A stretch of DNA of 64,000 nt from Eledone cirrhosa (Eukaryota), in contig OZ024741.1 in NCBI GenBank assembly GCA_964016885.1, positions 71,672,001 through 71,736,000 of the forward strand, read 5' to 3'. Below, piece by piece: positions 43,141 through 63,156 of this stretch. How positions within the stretch are numbered: position 1 is the stretch's first letter; each line of letters starts with the position of its first letter. A program made the position numbers and the translations under genes. A model generated the notes under the pieces. That model had not been told where the DNA came from and did no database searches. It was given only the letters and a program-made list of their open reading frames with translations.

Positions 43141-45405
43141 CATCATCATCATCATCATCATCATCAACGTTTAACGTCCGTGTTCCACGCTTGCATGGGT
43201 TTGGACGGGGGTAGTCCCACTTGAGGCAAGAGTGATTGTCTTGCTCGCATAGGACTGTCTGGCGGATTTTCTACAGTTGGATGCCCTTCCTAACACCAAT
43301 CACATTTACAGTGTGGGTCTGGGAGGTTTTTACCGTGTTGCCTACACGGCCACATTACAGCGTGGACTGTGTGTTTTTTTGTCGTGACACCTACACGATC
43401 TCATTTGTTTCGGCCTGGATGGCGCGGCACCAACATAACTTTACATAGAACGGGGTGGTGTGGATGGGGTGGGGGTGGTGGCGGGACGGGGTGTAGTTTG
43501 TTAGAGATGCCTACTGGCAAGGCGGGTCTTCTCTGTTACTGAGTACCGCCAAAGGTCACGGTCCAGTGACATTGTCTTGGAGAGGTGTAAGTGTGTGAGG
43601 TCGGAGTTTATCAGCTCATCCCATGTTTTTCTAGGTCTGCCTATTCCGTGGCTACCGTCTATCTTTATTGCCCTGCACTTTGTAATACAGCTATCGACTT
43701 TCATGCGCATCACGTGTCATACCAACGCAGCCTTCTCTCGAGTAAACAACATCTGATCCCTCTTATCTCTAATTTTTCCTTAGTTCGTTTATGCTTTGCC
43801 GTTCACGTATATTACTGTAACACATCCAGCGGAGCATGCAAGCTTCGTTCCTCTCTAGTCTGCGTATATCCTCTGCACACAATGCCCAGGTCTCACTACC
43901 ATGCAACATTGCTGTTCGTATGCAGGCATCGTACAACCTGCCTTTCATTTTTAGGGAGAACCCTTTAGCAGCTAATAGTGGTATAAGCTCTCTGAACTTT
44001 TTCCAACCAGTTCTGACTCTAGCTACAGTACTTTCAGAGCACCCTCCCCCACTGCTGATTTTATCGCCCAGGTAATGGAAGTTGTCCACTATTTCTATAG
44101 AACCCTCTGCGCAATTGAAAGAGCTAGTATTTTGTGGGCACTTGCTGCTACTTATTGCACCAGAACACCGGCCACATGTAAAGTCTATGTTCTTAGTTAG
44201 CTTACCTGTGATCCCACTACATCTTTTATGCACCCATACTTTGCATTTAGTACATAAGATGGAGTTTCTACCTACGCCTTTCCTACATACCGAGCACGAC
44301 CATTTCCCAGAAGGGACCGCCGCCTTGTTTTCTTTCCTACAAACTAGAACTTTGGTCTTAGCCAGGTTAATTTTAAGTCCTTTTGACTCTAGGCCGTGCT
44401 TCCATGTTTGGAATTTCTTCTCTAGCTCGGCCATTGATTCCGCTATGAGTGTCAGGTCGTCTGCGTATAGGAGTTCCCATGGGCAGCCAGTCTTGAACTC
44501 CTCTGTTATAGCCTGAAGGGCAATAATAAATAGTAGGGGGCTGAGAACAGAGCCCTGATGGACGCCAACTTTTACGCTAAACTCTTCACTATATTCGTTG
44601 TTAATTCTAACCTTGCTGACTGTTTCTTTATACATGGCTTGTATAGCCCTCACAAGCCATTCGTCAACGCCTAGTTTTCTAAGAGCCCACCAGATAATGG
44701 AGCGGGGACTCTGTCGAAGGCTTTCTCCAGGTCGACAAAAGCTAAGTAGAGGGGTTTACCTTTAGCTAGGTACTTCTCCTGTAGTTGTCGTACTATGAAA
44801 AGAGCGTCTGTGGTGCTTTTGCCTGACACAAACCCGAACTGCATTTCATCTAGATCAATTCTCTCTCTGATTAGTTGCGCTATTACTTTTTCCGTGACCT
44901 TCATGACCTGGTCGATTAATTTAATGCCTCTATAGTTACTCCTATCTAGGGCGTCTCCTTTACCCTTATAACAGTTAACGATGATGCTGCTATGCCAGTC
45001 CTTCGGAACAACCCCATTCTGTACGACTTGGTTAACTATGCGGGTGACCATGGTGTGTCCCACCGTGCCAGATGCCTTCAGCATCTCAGCAACTATTTCC
45101 GAAGGCCCAGCCGCCTTACCCGTCTTCATATCCTTGATTGCCTTACTTATTATACTCCCCTCGACTAACACTGCTGGTCCCTCTATCGGGTCGATATGGG
45201 GGAGACTGTCTTTCTCCCATTTATTCTCCTCATTTAGTAGCCTTTCATAGTGACACTTCCAAGCTACCTTCTTATCAGTGTCGGTGATGGCAAGTATGCC
45301 ATCATCGTTAAGTACACACTTCTCCCCGACAATATCACGGTTTTCCTCTATCGGGTCGATATGGGGTAGACTGTCTTTCTCCCATTTATTCTCCTCATTT
45401 AGTAG
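43141..45405 (-). mobile_element. 5'-truncated RTE LINE (subfamily A) with complete 3' UTR and (ATG)n tail; frameshifted
   Basis: ORF pieces 44671-45405, 43769-44653 and 43501-43713; the 3' UTR contains GGAAGGGCATCCAACTGTAGAAA and ends GGACGTTAAACGTTG(ATG)n. Confidence 0.95.
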
Positions 45406-46788
<1,383 letters not shown>

Positions 46789-47398
46789 TAGAAAGATCGA
46801 GTATCGAAAAATCGGCGCACGAGTTCACGATAAACGAAATTCGACATGAGCGGCAGAGGGCTCAATAATTCAGATGAATCAGAGCTATAACTATCGTTAA
46901 AATACCGTCACATATAGAACAAGTCTACAATCAACCATACGATTTAAAATCGATAGAGGAAGATTCGGGACAAACAGATAAAAAATATCAATAAAACAAT
47001 ACGTCAATAATTTAAATGAATGTAAAATCATACCCGGACCCACTAGACAGGTGTTAAATCTAGCTTCATGGGTTTCTGTAAATCCTTAGACTGTACTCTA
47101 TCAGCTCACATATAAATATAAAAGCCTACTAGAGTAAGCGGAACGGAGTTTTACTTTCTCAACGAGTTTTTTCCTGGCGGCAGAGGAGCCAACTACCAGT
47201 GAAAAACGCACATGGCATTAGACAAGGGAGATGACCCCTATATCCGCGAAAACAATTCGAGTGAATGTGGAAATACACATATCGAATTAGAGTGCTCAAT
47301 AGACATGTTAAAATAAAACAAAAGCTATTCATCACTCAATAGAATCGACAAAAAATGAGCAATAAAATTAACTGGTGGATAGCTATGTCCAGAGCTAA
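46789..47398. mobile_element. Unclassified ~610-bp element (copy 2)
   Basis: Duplicate of 41183-41792. Confidence 0.5.
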
Positions 47399-47403
47399 TA
47401 TAC

Positions 47404-47437
<34 letters not shown>

Positions 47438-47439
47438 TT

Positions 47440-47490
<51 letters not shown>

Positions 47491-47493
<3 letters not shown>

Positions 47494-47722
47494 GTATTTA
47501 AGAAAGCCACAACAATGCAAAGGGAAATCTCGAGGTAGGAAGTGAAATATAGATAGGAAAAACAGGTTTTGTTTTCATCTTTGTCTCTCTCAATTTTCAC
47601 TTTCACCTGTTTTTCCTATCTATATTTCACTTCCTACCTCGAGATTTCCCTTTGCATTGTTGTGGCTTTCTTAAATACGTATTTTTACACATTTCACAAT
47701 GCTTCAAGCAAACTTTAACACC

Positions 47723-47726
<4 letters not shown>
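47491..47726 (+). mobile_element. Fold-back element A, copy 2 (perfect arms)
   Basis: 47491-47567 vs 47605-47681; tail to 47726. Confidence 0.8.
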
Positions 47727-47756
<30 letters not shown>

Positions 47757-47757
<1 letters not shown>

Positions 47758-47958
47758 CGAAGGAAATGTGGTAAGGAACCAGGTGGACCATAACGCACCA
47801 AAGTACTCAATACTTGAGGTAGTAGAGTGGGTAATAGGAACCAGTAAGACCCCGACAGCTGAGCTCAAGCCGTTTCGACGGCTAATTCTGGACTAATTAG
47901 TCCAGAATTAGCCGTCGAAACCGCTTGAGCTCAGCTGTCGGGGTCTTACTGGTTCCTA
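47757..47958 (-). mobile_element. Fold-back element B (62-bp palindrome arms + 78-nt tail), copy 1
   Basis: Palindrome centred at 47896/47897 spanning 47835-47958 (1 mismatch); tail 47757-47834. Confidence 0.8.
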
Positions 47959-48975
<1,017 letters not shown>

Positions 48976-48977
<2 letters not shown>

Positions 48978-49167
48978 GGAGTAAGTAAGACCCCGACGGC
49001 TGAGCTGAAGCCGTTTCGACGGCTAATTGAGTACAGAATTAGCCGTCGAAACGGCTTGAGCTCAGCCGTCGGGGTCTTACTTACTCCTATTACCCACTCT
49101 ACTACACTAAGTATTGAGTACTTTGGTGCGTTATGGTCCACCTGGTTCCTTACCACTTCTCCCTCGC
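48976..49167 (+). mobile_element. Fold-back element B, copy 2 (opposite orientation)
   Basis: Arms 48976-49028/49037-49089, loop GAGTACAG; tail 49090-49167 is homologous to the reverse complement of 47757-47834. Confidence 0.8.
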
Positions 49168-49182
49168 TATATATATATATAT

Positions 49183-49251
<69 letters not shown>

Positions 49252-49315
49252 GTAGGAGGTGAGTTTTATTGTAGTACAATAAAGCAATGCATATATATAT
49301 ATATATGAAATATAA

Positions 49316-50580
49316 AATGTTAACTTCCTAGACGCCACACTATACCTAGACTCAAAAATATATACACCTTTCCATAAGCCTAACGAGAAACTTATTTATG
49401 TAGATACCAAGTCTAATCACCCTAGATCTATATTAAACTCTATTTCTAAGGGGGTGTCCAATAGAATCTCTAGTCTGTCCTATGACGCAAACATATTTAG
49501 CAAAAACTCACAATATTACAATCAAGCATTAGCTAGCTCCGGCCATAATATAGAAATTGAGTTCTTAAGAAACACATAGCTACAACATCATCTCGCACAA
49601 CATGTCCATGAGGAAACCTAATAATAGGAATAGCAACCACAAGTACACCAAAGCGGAGGGTGCCACCGGAAGTAACCATTACCATGGAAACTACTGTGGG
49701 GCCTTAGGAAGAAGCAACACACCAAACACTAAAAGCAAAAATAGAAGAAGAAATAATACATTTTTCAACCCTCCTTTCAACCTAAATGTCTCCACCAACA
49801 TAACTAGGGCTTTCTTCTCACTACCAGATAAGAACTTCCCTCTAGGACACAAGTACCACAACCTCCTAAACAAAAACACCATTAAAATCTCATACTCTAC
49901 GACGCCTAACTTAGCATACCACATAGCTAGCAGCAATAATAGTAAAATTAATTCTTACTTCCAACAAACAAAATCACAATAGGATGCAAACCCTCTAAAC
50001 ACCTCTGTAGCAAGCAACCATAGCAACGGCAGTAACAATAGAAATAACACTAGTATAAGTAATAACACTAGGGTTGACAACCCGAACGCCCCAAATCCTA
50101 TAGCTACCACACTGACTTCCGCACTGCATTATAACCAGCGGACTAACGCACAGGATAATTGTAACTGTAGAGCTAATAGAACCTGCCCTTTAGATAAAAA
50201 ATGCCTAACCAAGGATATCATATACTCATGCACCGTCACGACTAGTAACTCTTCAGAAACCTATGTAGGCTCCACTTCTAACTGCTTCAAAATCAGATAT
50301 AATTCGCACATCCACTCGTTCAAAAAGCACAGCCTAGCAAACTCCACCTCACTTTCTAGCTACATACACTATCTGAAAACTAAAAATAAACCATACACAC
50401 TCAAATGGGAAGTGATAGGCAGCGCGACCTCGTACACACCACCTAATAAATTTTGTAACCTCTGTATACTAGAGACACACAATATTATCTTCTCAACCGT
50501 AACCTACTTAACAAAAAATCTGAGGTGTTTGCAACTTGCCAGCACCGCTTCAGACATTCCTTCCAAAACTTTAAGCCCAA
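49316..50580 (+). pseudogene. PLE RT thumb, linker and GIY-YIG endonuclease (stops/frameshifts)
   Basis: VNFLDATL...HKPNEKLIYV..KSNHP...RISSLS; FFNPPFNLNVSTNI...KNFP..ISYSTTPNL; CNCRANRTCPLDKKCL..IIY...YVGST...FKIRY..H; CNLCILE. Confidence 0.88.
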
Positions 50581-52021
50581 TATATAGCAATGTCGGACTG
50601 GAACCTAACACCACATCTAGCATAAAACACCAGAGGCACACCTTATACTACATACCCAACACTAACTGATCTAATATAACACAAACAACGACATCCCTCT
50701 GGAACCCTTCACAGGAGAATACCCATTTATACCTCTACGTCAGGTGTGACAACATCCACCCACTTGAACGGCACTACACCGCTCTATGGGTAATTTGAGC
50801 ATGAATTGATCGGTTTGATAGTGTTGTGCAGAGGAAACACCTTCCTTAGACAGATAAAAAACGATTTAATCTAGTAACGCTGTTGAACAGTAGGACCAAG
50901 CTGCTGAGCGCAGTGAGTGAATGCATTGCAACTGGCGTGCGGGTTGTACATATATGGATGATCTGGCGGTCAGAGAGGGGTCGCGAGGACTGCGGATTGA
51001 CCTCTGGCCGGCCTGGGGATGATTATCTTTCGACATCCAATGTAGCAAGCGATGACCCAGAACTTACCAGAGATCATTGGGTCCTGAAGCAATCCTGCAA
51101 TCACCGCGCCTGGTCCTATGAGTAGACTACAACCACAGAGATCATTAATTTAGAATCCTCGCTCATCTTCTATAATTTCCTTTTGTGGCACCTTACGATG
51201 GGTTAATCCACCATAATAATATGAACACCTTCAGCATAACTTAATTAAACTACTCTATAGTTAATACACTTTATGCTTTAAAAATTTTTTTGGAGGATGC
51301 GCATCACCATAGAATTTAGGGTCTACATTGTGACACATTTTAATAGCTAGGTATAGAAGCCCCGGAGTTACCTCCCCGCATGCATTAACTCCCCTTAGCC
51401 ACACACACACTTCCGGGTGGTATTCAATGGCGTTTCTCGAAACGTAACAGCCTCCTGTATTGAACTAAAGAACACCAGACTACGATCTCTAACTGGATTG
51501 TCAAACGCTCAATATCGAATTGTCATGGATTATGTGAGGGGCATATAATCGAAAAATACACTCCCCTGACCATGAAAATGTCGAAGTACGTGAAATGCTT
51601 GACATCCCTTCGCTGTGCATCTCTAACACTTTTAATGCTTGCACTATTTTTAATGCTTATAACATTTCTCCACACACAGACTATATCAATCATATAAAGA
51701 ATTTGCCACCAGATCTACCAACCTAACACTCTTGTTTACCTACCTAAGCGCCTCTACCACACATATCTCTCTGCCACACTATATAAACAAGACGCACATG
51801 CGTGCCACACATAACATTTCCACTATATAACCGCTTATCTTCATGTTGTATTTTAATCTGTATTTTGATTTTTGATTGTACCTCTTAATATAAATGTAAT
51901 CTCGAAGTGTATACTGCCACTCTAAATTCTGTAATGAATGTTGACCCACAATGTTTGAATATGTATCGGTATGTCTCTCGGCTGAAAAGAAGGTCATATA
52001 ACTGTCCATGCATTAATAAAT

Positions 52022-52068
52022 TGCTCCGAAGAATCCAAACCTCGGTTTGGAGGAAACAGCTGTAAGCA
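52022..52068 (+). ncRNA. Minimal type-I hammerhead ribozyme (C4 variant)
   Basis: UGCU-CCGAAGA-A-UCCAAAC(CUCG)GUUUGGA-G-GAA-AC(AGCU)GU-A|AGCA: perfect 4-bp stem I, 7-bp stem II, palindromic stem/loop III. Confidence 0.82.
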
Positions 52069-52269
52069 CAATAATGTTTTGAACAGCTCTTTGATTCTTA
52101 TATTTCATATAACTGCTCTGTAAATCATCTGATGTTTTTACATTGAGCTACTTAACTTACTGGTAATAAGGTAGTAATACATTACTGCCTACCACTATTT
52201 AGGGTGTATGTAAAATACTTATAACTGCATAAGGTTTTGTATTTACATAACCATAGATAGTATAACTAA

Positions 52270-55741
<3,472 letters not shown>

Positions 55742-55826
55742 ACTTTGAATAACTTTGAAATGTTTTGGCCAGTATTGGCCCAGGCCATGTCTAACTTAAT
55801 AGCACCACCTGGCGAAGTCTTTCAAT

Positions 55827-58800
55827 TCAGGATTTGGGCACCATGGCCCATTCGAGAAGAGAATTACTGTTTGCGGAGACATATCCGGGTGTGGGTGGTT
55901 TGTCCGGGATTACTTGGAGGAATTTGTCCAAAGACTTCTTGAATTTTGTGTGGTCAGTTTCTGTTTTGACGTGTCCTGGTGTGATGTTGAAGAGAGCAGG
56001 GCCGATTGAGGTGAAATAATTGTGCCGTATTGTTGTTATGAGTTGCGATTTAGATTTTTGAATGGGACGGTTAGCACGGGGCCCAAGCCTTGGGTGTATC
56101 TTGAAGGCGATGCCAACATCATTTGGGCAGTGATGATGGAACATTTTCCACATCATGCAGATAATATAACGCTCACGGCGACGTTGGAGTGAGTAAAGTT
56201 TCAGGTTTTCCAATCGACCCCAGTAGTCAAGGTCTGACATGCCATCTATCTTTTTCGTGATTGCCCTTTGAGGAGCTTCAAGTTTCATGATACTTTGTTT
56301 CGTGTGGGGAGACCACAGTGGACAACAGTATTCAAGGTGTGGTCGGGCGAAAGTAGAGAAGAGAAGGATAATGGTGCGGGAATCTCTCGACTGGAAGGTT
56401 CTGAGGATCCAGGAACACATTCTGCGGGCCATGTCAACTTTGCTGCTTATATGCGTGGTCCAGCTTATGTTGCTGTCCACGGTTACTCCCAAGTCTCTGA
56501 TGTTGTTAGATGCCACGAGAGTTTCCCCGGAGGGAAGGGAGTACGGGAGTTTCAGAGCATCCTCTTTTCCAAAGTGGATCAGTTCGAATTTGTCTTCGTT
56601 CAGTAACATGTTGTTCTTTTCTGCCCATTGGGTAACAGCCAGTAGGTCTGACTGAAGGCTTATCCGGTCATCCACGCCATTGATGACCTTTTGGAGCTTG
56701 GAATCATCAGCGAAAATTTTAATGTTGCTGTGTTTGATGGTGTCAGTGATGTCATTAATATAGATGATGAAGAGAAGTGGGCCCAACACAGTGCCTTGTG
56801 GGACTCCACTACTGACTTTGGCTGGGCTTGATTTGACTCCCTCAACTACAACATGTTGGGTTCTGTTTGACAGGAAGCTCTTGATCCACTGCAGCAGCTT
56901 TCCAGTGACACCAATATTGGACAGCTTTCTCAGTAGAATGTTATGATCAACCCTGTCAAAGGCCTTGCTGAAATCAAGGTAGATAACATCAGTGTTGGAA
57001 CCCTCTCCCAAGGCTCTCAAAATGTCATCAAAGTGATGCAGTAGTTGCGTCAGGCAATCCCTTCCATTACGGAATCCATGCTGGTTGGAGTTCAGCATAT
57101 TGTTACTCTCAAGGAAGTGGGTCATTCGCGATCTCACCACTCGCTCAAATACCTTAATGATATGAGAGGTGAGTGAGATTGGACGGTAATTCACGGCAAG
57201 GGATTTGTTTCCCTTTTTGAAAACTGGGACAACAGACTGGGATAGAAGGTTTTCTGGCACATATCCAGCATTCAGTGAGTTCCGCCACATCCGCCACAGA
57301 TTGGCAAGAGGAGAAGCAAGTTGGTGTTGACACGCCTTCAAGACACAAGCAGGGAACCTATCGGGACCTACTGCTGAATTATGCTTGATTTCCTTTATTG
57401 CCGCCAAGACATCAGGGGCGCCAAACGTTATGTCCGATAAGGTGTAATGGGGAGTAACATCGCCGATACAGCCCAGATCGGCCATATCAGGATTGCTGAA
57501 AACAGAGCAGTATTGTTTCTGCAGTATCTCACCCATGGTTTTAGCATTGTCTTGAAGAGTGCCATTTTCATCAATTAGAGGGCCAACAGTAGAGCCAGTG
57601 ATTTTGTGTTTTTTTGCAAATGAAAAGAACACTTTGGGATTGAGTTTGATCTTCTCAATGGCCCAGGCCTCTTCAGCTCTTCTCTGATTGTTGATGAGGG
57701 ACATTATGTTGTTTTGGAGGTTATGTTTTTTAATCTCTAGTGATGAAATGGCAGTCAAGTTGATGTGTTGCTGCTGACAGTATTTCAGCTTGTTGATTTT
57801 TTTGTTCGTTCTCTTAATTTTTCTGATGAGTGTTTTTCTATTTCTAGGGATTCTGCTCTTAGATTTGTTTATAGTTCTTAATGGGGTGTGTTTAGCACAT
57901 ATGTTTGTAACAGTGTCCACAAATGTCTGCCAGGACTTTTTGATGTTAGTGGGTGTATGAGTGTGCGTGAAGGACCAGTCGACATGTGCAAGATCATGAC
58001 TGATCGCTTCCCAGTTTGCATTGTGGAAATCCATAGCGTCAAACGGATGGACAGGAGAAATGACATTGGGTTTGTATATTGGACGGTGGAATCTCAGATC
58101 ACAGAGAACCATGTCATGATCAGAGAGTAGAGTTTTCTCCACTGCAATATTGTGGATATTGTCAGTGTGATTGCTGAAAATTAAGTCTAGGACGTTTTTG
58201 TGGCACCTCGTTGGTTCGAGCACTAGTTGGGATAGGAAGAAATCATCCATGAAGTCAAGAAGCGATTCCACAGCTTCCCTGTCAGAGGTTGAGGCAGAAG
58301 AACCTGGTGGCAGGGTGTTTGTGGACCAGTCAACTCCGGGGAGGTTGAAGTCCCCCATCATTAAGATGTTGTCAGGGTGACACTCTTGGATGAAACACTT
58401 TATGCTGTTGAGGCATTCCTTGAAGCATGGTACAGGCGTTTGGGGTGGCCTATAGAGCCCAACTACTAATAGGTTGTTGGTTTGACTGAATACAGTGACT
58501 GCCTCACAGTATCCATTAGTGAATATGTTCATAGCCTCTGTTGAGAAAGAATTATGGACATAAATGGCAGTTCCGCCCTTTCTTCTGCCAGCGCGATCAG
58601 CACGGATGGCTTTGAAATTTTTCACTTTCACCTCGGCTTCCAAGTGGAGGTTACTGAGATGGGTTTCAGTGAGGACGAAGAAAGGGATGTGGTTTGGATG
58701 GACATCAATCCAGTCCTCCAGGAATTTGATCTTCCATTTTTGAGTATTGGTGGAAGGGCTGATGCCTTGGGCGTTAAGCAAAAATGTAGAGGCGAGAGTG

Positions 58801-58856
58801 GATGGTTTTAATTGTTTTGGTGTGTTGTTAATTTGTTTGTTTGTTAATGGCAGCAA
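55827..58856 (-). CDS. LINE ORF2: APE endonuclease + reverse transcriptase (1009 aa, uninterrupted)
   Basis: LNAQG, LTETHL, GLYRPP, MGDFNLP, LDLIFS, SDHDMV; [57 protein letters not shown]. Confidence 0.95.
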   Translation of the reverse strand: MLPLTNKQINNTPKQLKPSTLASTFLLNAQGISPSTNTQKWKIKFLEDWIDVHPNHIPFFVLTETHLSNLHLEAEVKVKNFKAIRADRAGRRKGGTAIYVHNSFSTEAMNIFTNGYCEAVTVFSQTNNLLVVGLYRPPQTPVPCFKECLNSIKCFIQECHPDNILMMGDFNLPGVDWSTNTLPPGSSASTSDREAVESLLDFMDDFFLSQLVLEPTRCHKNVLDLIFSNHTDNIHNIAVEKTLLSDHDMVLCDLRFHRPIYKPNVISPVHPFDAMDFHNANWEAISHDLAHVDWSFTHTHTPTNIKKSWQTFVDTVTNICAKHTPLRTINKSKSRIPRNRKTLIRKIKRTNKKINKLKYCQQQHINLTAISSLEIKKHNLQNNIMSLINNQRRAEEAWAIEKIKLNPKVFFSFAKKHKITGSTVGPLIDENGTLQDNAKTMGEILQKQYCSVFSNPDMADLGCIGDVTPHYTLSDITFGAPDVLAAIKEIKHNSAVGPDRFPACVLKACQHQLASPLANLWRMWRNSLNAGYVPENLLSQSVVPVFKKGNKSLAVNYRPISLTSHIIKVFERVVRSRMTHFLESNNMLNSNQHGFRNGRDCLTQLLHHFDDILRALGEGSNTDVIYLDFSKAFDRVDHNILLRKLSNIGVTGKLLQWIKSFLSNRTQHVVVEGVKSSPAKVSSGVPQGTVLGPLLFIIYINDITDTIKHSNIKIFADDSKLQKVINGVDDRISLQSDLLAVTQWAEKNNMLLNEDKFELIHFGKEDALKLPYSLPSGETLVASNNIRDLGVTVDSNISWTTHISSKVDMARRMCSWILRTFQSRDSRTIILLFSTFARPHLEYCCPLWSPHTKQSIMKLEAPQRAITKKIDGMSDLDYWGRLENLKLYSLQRRRERYIICMMWKMFHHHCPNDVGIAFKIHPRLGPRANRPIQKSKSQLITTIRHNYFTSIGPALFNITPGHVKTETDHTKFKKSLDKFLQVIPDKPPTPGYVSANSNSLLEWAMVPKS

Positions 58857-59605
58857 TGGGAGTTTGTGCAGTGGGGTGATAGTGGAGGGTGGTGCTGGGT
58901 GATAGCTCGAATGTTTTTTTCCAGTTCTTTTGCCAGATTCATTATGGCTAAAAAAGAGGAAGAAGTTTCCTGTTTAGAAGACTGTTGGTGACTGTGGTAG
59001 TGGTTATTTTTATGTAGGTTATGGTTTTTGTTTTTGCTTTTATTTTTAATTTTATTTTCATTTATCCGACGGGTCCCCGGGAGATGGGTAAAGGGACAAT
59101 CCCGGTCTAAACACAATCTGTCTCGCAGGGAAAAACGGCAGATTTGTGGATTCCTTGTTTGAGTTATTGGTGGTTGTGTTGGTGTTAAATTAGAGTATGT
59201 ATTATGGTGGTGGCTGTTTGTGGGGATAGATCGTTTTGTCCTAGGTAAATGGGTGAATTTGCAGCCACTATCCGTACATATTCTATAGCGTAGAGAGTAG
59301 CGGCAAATGATGGGGTTTCGAGTGGGTGGGTATGTGGGTGTGGGTGTTGTGAGAGGTGTAGATGATGGTTTGGGTAGGATTTGACGACCTTTGTGGACTG
59401 TGGGAGGGAGAGTTCTTGTTCTGGTATTAGAAGGTAAATTCCTTGACATAGCAGTAGACAAAAATGTTGTAGTAGTAGTAGTAGTAGTAGGCAGAGATGT
59501 TGGCAGTGGTGATGATTGGACTGCTGGGCCAGAGAAAGGATGTGGCGTTCCATGCTGTGAGACAGAGGCTACTGGGGGGTCAATAGTTTCATTTAGTAGA
59601 TCATT
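58844..59605 (-). CDS. LINE ORF1 C-terminal part with two CCCH zinc fingers (5' truncated)
   Basis: [19 protein letters not shown] and [19 protein letters not shown] (C-x8-C-x4-C-x3-H) in P/T-rich sequence. Confidence 0.8.
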   Translation of the reverse strand, partial: NDLLNETIDPPVASVSQHGTPHPFSGPAVQSSPLPTSLPTTTTTTTTFLSTAMSRNLPSNTRTRTLPPTVHKGRQILPKPSSTPLTTPTPTYPPTRNPIICRYSLRYRICTDSGCKFTHLPRTKRSIPTNSHHHNTYSNLTPTQPPITQTRNPQICRFSLRDRLCLDRDCPFTHLPGTRRINENKIKNKSKNKNHNLHKNNHYHSHQQSSKQETSSSFLAIMNLAKELEKNIRAITQHHPPLSPHCTNSHCCH

Positions 59606-60046
<441 letters not shown>

Positions 60047-60875
60047 TCATCATCATCATCATCATCAACGTTTAACGTCCGTGTTCCACGCTTGCATGGG
60101 TTTGGACGGGGGTAGTCCCACTTGAGGCAAGAGTGATTGTCTTGCTCGCATAGGACTGTCTGGCAGGTTTTCTACAGTTGGATGCCCTTCCTAACACCAA
60201 CCACATTTACAGTGTGGGTCTGGGAGGTTTTTACCGTGTTGCCTACACGGCCACATTACAGCGTGGACTGTGTGTTTTTTTGTCGTGACACCTACACGAT
60301 CTCATTTGTTTCGGCCTCGATGGCGCGGCACCAACATAACTTTACATAGAACGGGGTGGTGTGGATCGGGTGGGGGTGGTGGGACGGGGTGTATTTGTTA
60401 GAGATGCCTACTGGCTGGAGTAGGTTTTACTATATATTTAGGTAAGGCGGGTCTTCTCTGTTACTGAGTACCGCCAAAGGTCTCGGTCCAGTGACATTGT
60501 CTTGGAGAGGTGTAAGTGTGTGATGTCGGAGTTTATCAGCTCGTCCCAGGTTTTTCTAGGTCTGCCTATTCCGTGACTACCGTCTATCTTTATTGCCCTG
60601 CACTTTGTTATACAGCTATCGACTTTCATGCGCATCACGTGTCCATACCAACGTAGCCTTCTCTCGAGTAAACAACATCTGATCCCTCTTATCTCTAATT
60701 TATTCCTTAGTTCGTTTATGCTTTGCCGTTCACGTATATTACTGTTACACATCCAGCGGAGCATGCAAGCTTCGTTCCTCTCTAGTCTGCGTATATCCTC
60801 TGCACACAATGCCCAGGTCTCACTGCCATGCAGCATTGCTGTTCGTATGCAGGCATCGTACAACCTGCCTTTCAT
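60047..60875 (-). mobile_element. RTE subfamily A 3' fragment with tail
   Basis: MKGRLYDAC...EKTRLT plus a 3' UTR matching 43141-43520. Confidence 0.95.
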
Positions 60876-61514
<639 letters not shown>

Positions 61515-61647
61515 ACAGCTGAGTGAACTGGAGCAATGTGAAATAAAGTGTCTTGCTCAGAGGAAACAACACATGACCCTGTCTGAGAATTGAACTCAAC
61601 CTTTCGATTGCAAGGCCAATGCTCTAACCACTAAGCCATGTGCCTCC

Positions 61648-61648
<1 letters not shown>
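61515..61648 (-). mobile_element. tRNA-derived SINE (second family), 3' truncated
   Basis: Minus strand GGAGGCACATGGCTTAGTGGTTAGAGC (A box)...GAGTTCAATTC (B box)...GAGCAAGACACTTTATTTCACATTGCTCC. Confidence 0.85.
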
Positions 61649-61679
<31 letters not shown>

Positions 61680-61698
61680 ATGTATATATATATTAATG

Positions 61699-61734
<36 letters not shown>

Positions 61735-61771
61735 TATGTATGTATATATATATGTATATATATATATATAA

Positions 61772-63156
61772 TATAAAGAAACAGTCAGCAAGGTTAGAAT
61801 TAACAACGAATATAGTGAAGAGTTTAGCGTAAAAGTTGGTGTCCATCAGGGCTCTGTTCTCAGCCCCCTACTATTTATTATTGCCCTTCAGGCTATAACG
61901 GAGGAGTTCAAGACGGCTGCCCATGGGAACTCCTGTACGCAGACGACCTGACACTCAGCGGAATCAATGGCCGAGCTAGAGAAGAAATTCCAAACATGGA
62001 AGCACGGCCTAGAATCAAAAGGCCTTAAAATTAACCTGGCTAAGACTAAAGTTCTAGTTTGTAGGAAAGAAAATAAGGCGGCGGTCCCTTCAGGGAAATG
62101 GTCGTGCTCGGTGTGTAGGAAAGGCGTAGGTAGAAACTCCATTTTATGTCCTAAATGCAAAGTATGGGTGCATAAAAGATGTAGTGGGATCACAGGTAAG
62201 CTAACTAAGAACATAGATTTTACATGTGGCCGGTGCTCTGGTGCAATAAGTAGCAGCAAGTGCCCACAAAATACTAGCTCTTTCAATTGCGCAGAGGGTT
62301 CTATAGAAATAGTGGACAGCTTCCGTTACCTGGGTGATAAAATCAGCAGTGGGGGAGGGTGCTCTGAAAGTACAGTAGCTAGAGTCAGAACTGGTTGGAA
62401 AAAGTTCAGAGAGCTTATACCACTATTAGCCGCTAAAGGGTTCTCCCTAAAAATGAAAGGCAGGTTGTACGATGCCTGCATGCGAACAGCAATGCTGCAT
62501 GGCAGTGAGACCTGGGCATTGTGTGCAGAGGATATACGCAGACTAGAGAGGAACGAAGCTTGCATGCTCCGCTGGATGTGTAACAGTAATATACGTGAAC
62601 GGCAAAGCATAAACGAACTAAGGAAAAAATTAGAAATAAGAGGGATCAGATGTTGTTTACTCGAGAGAAGGCTACGTTGGTATGGACACGTGATGCGCAT
62701 GAAAGTCGATAGCTGTATAACAAAGTGCAGGGCAATAAAGATAGACGGTAGCCACGGAATAGGCAGACCTAGAAAAACCTGGGACGAGCTGATAAACTCT
62801 GACCTCACACACTTACACCTCTCCAAGACAATGTCACTGGACCGAGACCTTTGGCGGTACTCAGTAACAGAGAAGACCCGCCTTACCTAAATACATAGTA
62901 AAACCTACTACAACCAGTAGGCATCTCTAACAAAATAACCCCCCCCCCCGTCCCACCACCCCCACCCCATCCACGCCACCCCGTTCTATGTAAAGTTGTG
63001 TTGGTGCCACACCATCCAGGCCGAAACAAATGAGATCGTGTAGGTGTCACGACAAAAAACACAGTCCACACTGTAATGTGGCCGTGTAGGCAACACGGTA
63101 AAAACCTCCCAGACCCACACTGTAAATGTGGTTGGTGTTAGGAAGGGCATCCAACT
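61772..63156 (+). mobile_element. RTE subfamily A 3' part, 3' UTR cut at GGAAGGGCATCCAACT
   Basis: ORF 61967-62890 plus frameshifted upstream [14 protein letters not shown] region. Confidence 0.95.

Larger units (their letters stand above)
49307..52272 (+). mobile_element. 5'-truncated Penelope-like element, second family, with long 3' region/pseudo-LTR
   Basis: RT C-terminus + GIY-YIG remnants, hammerhead at 52022-52068, ends AATAC-(TA)n. Confidence 0.85.

Noticed and set aside
49247-49290. Small hairpin TTTATTGTA-G-TACAATAAA before PLE 2
   Set aside because: Too short and AT-rich to assign; no match found to the PLE 2 3' end.
61560-61648. tRNA gene
   Set aside because: A/B boxes are present but there is no full cloverleaf, and it continues into a SINE body also seen at 24634-24702.
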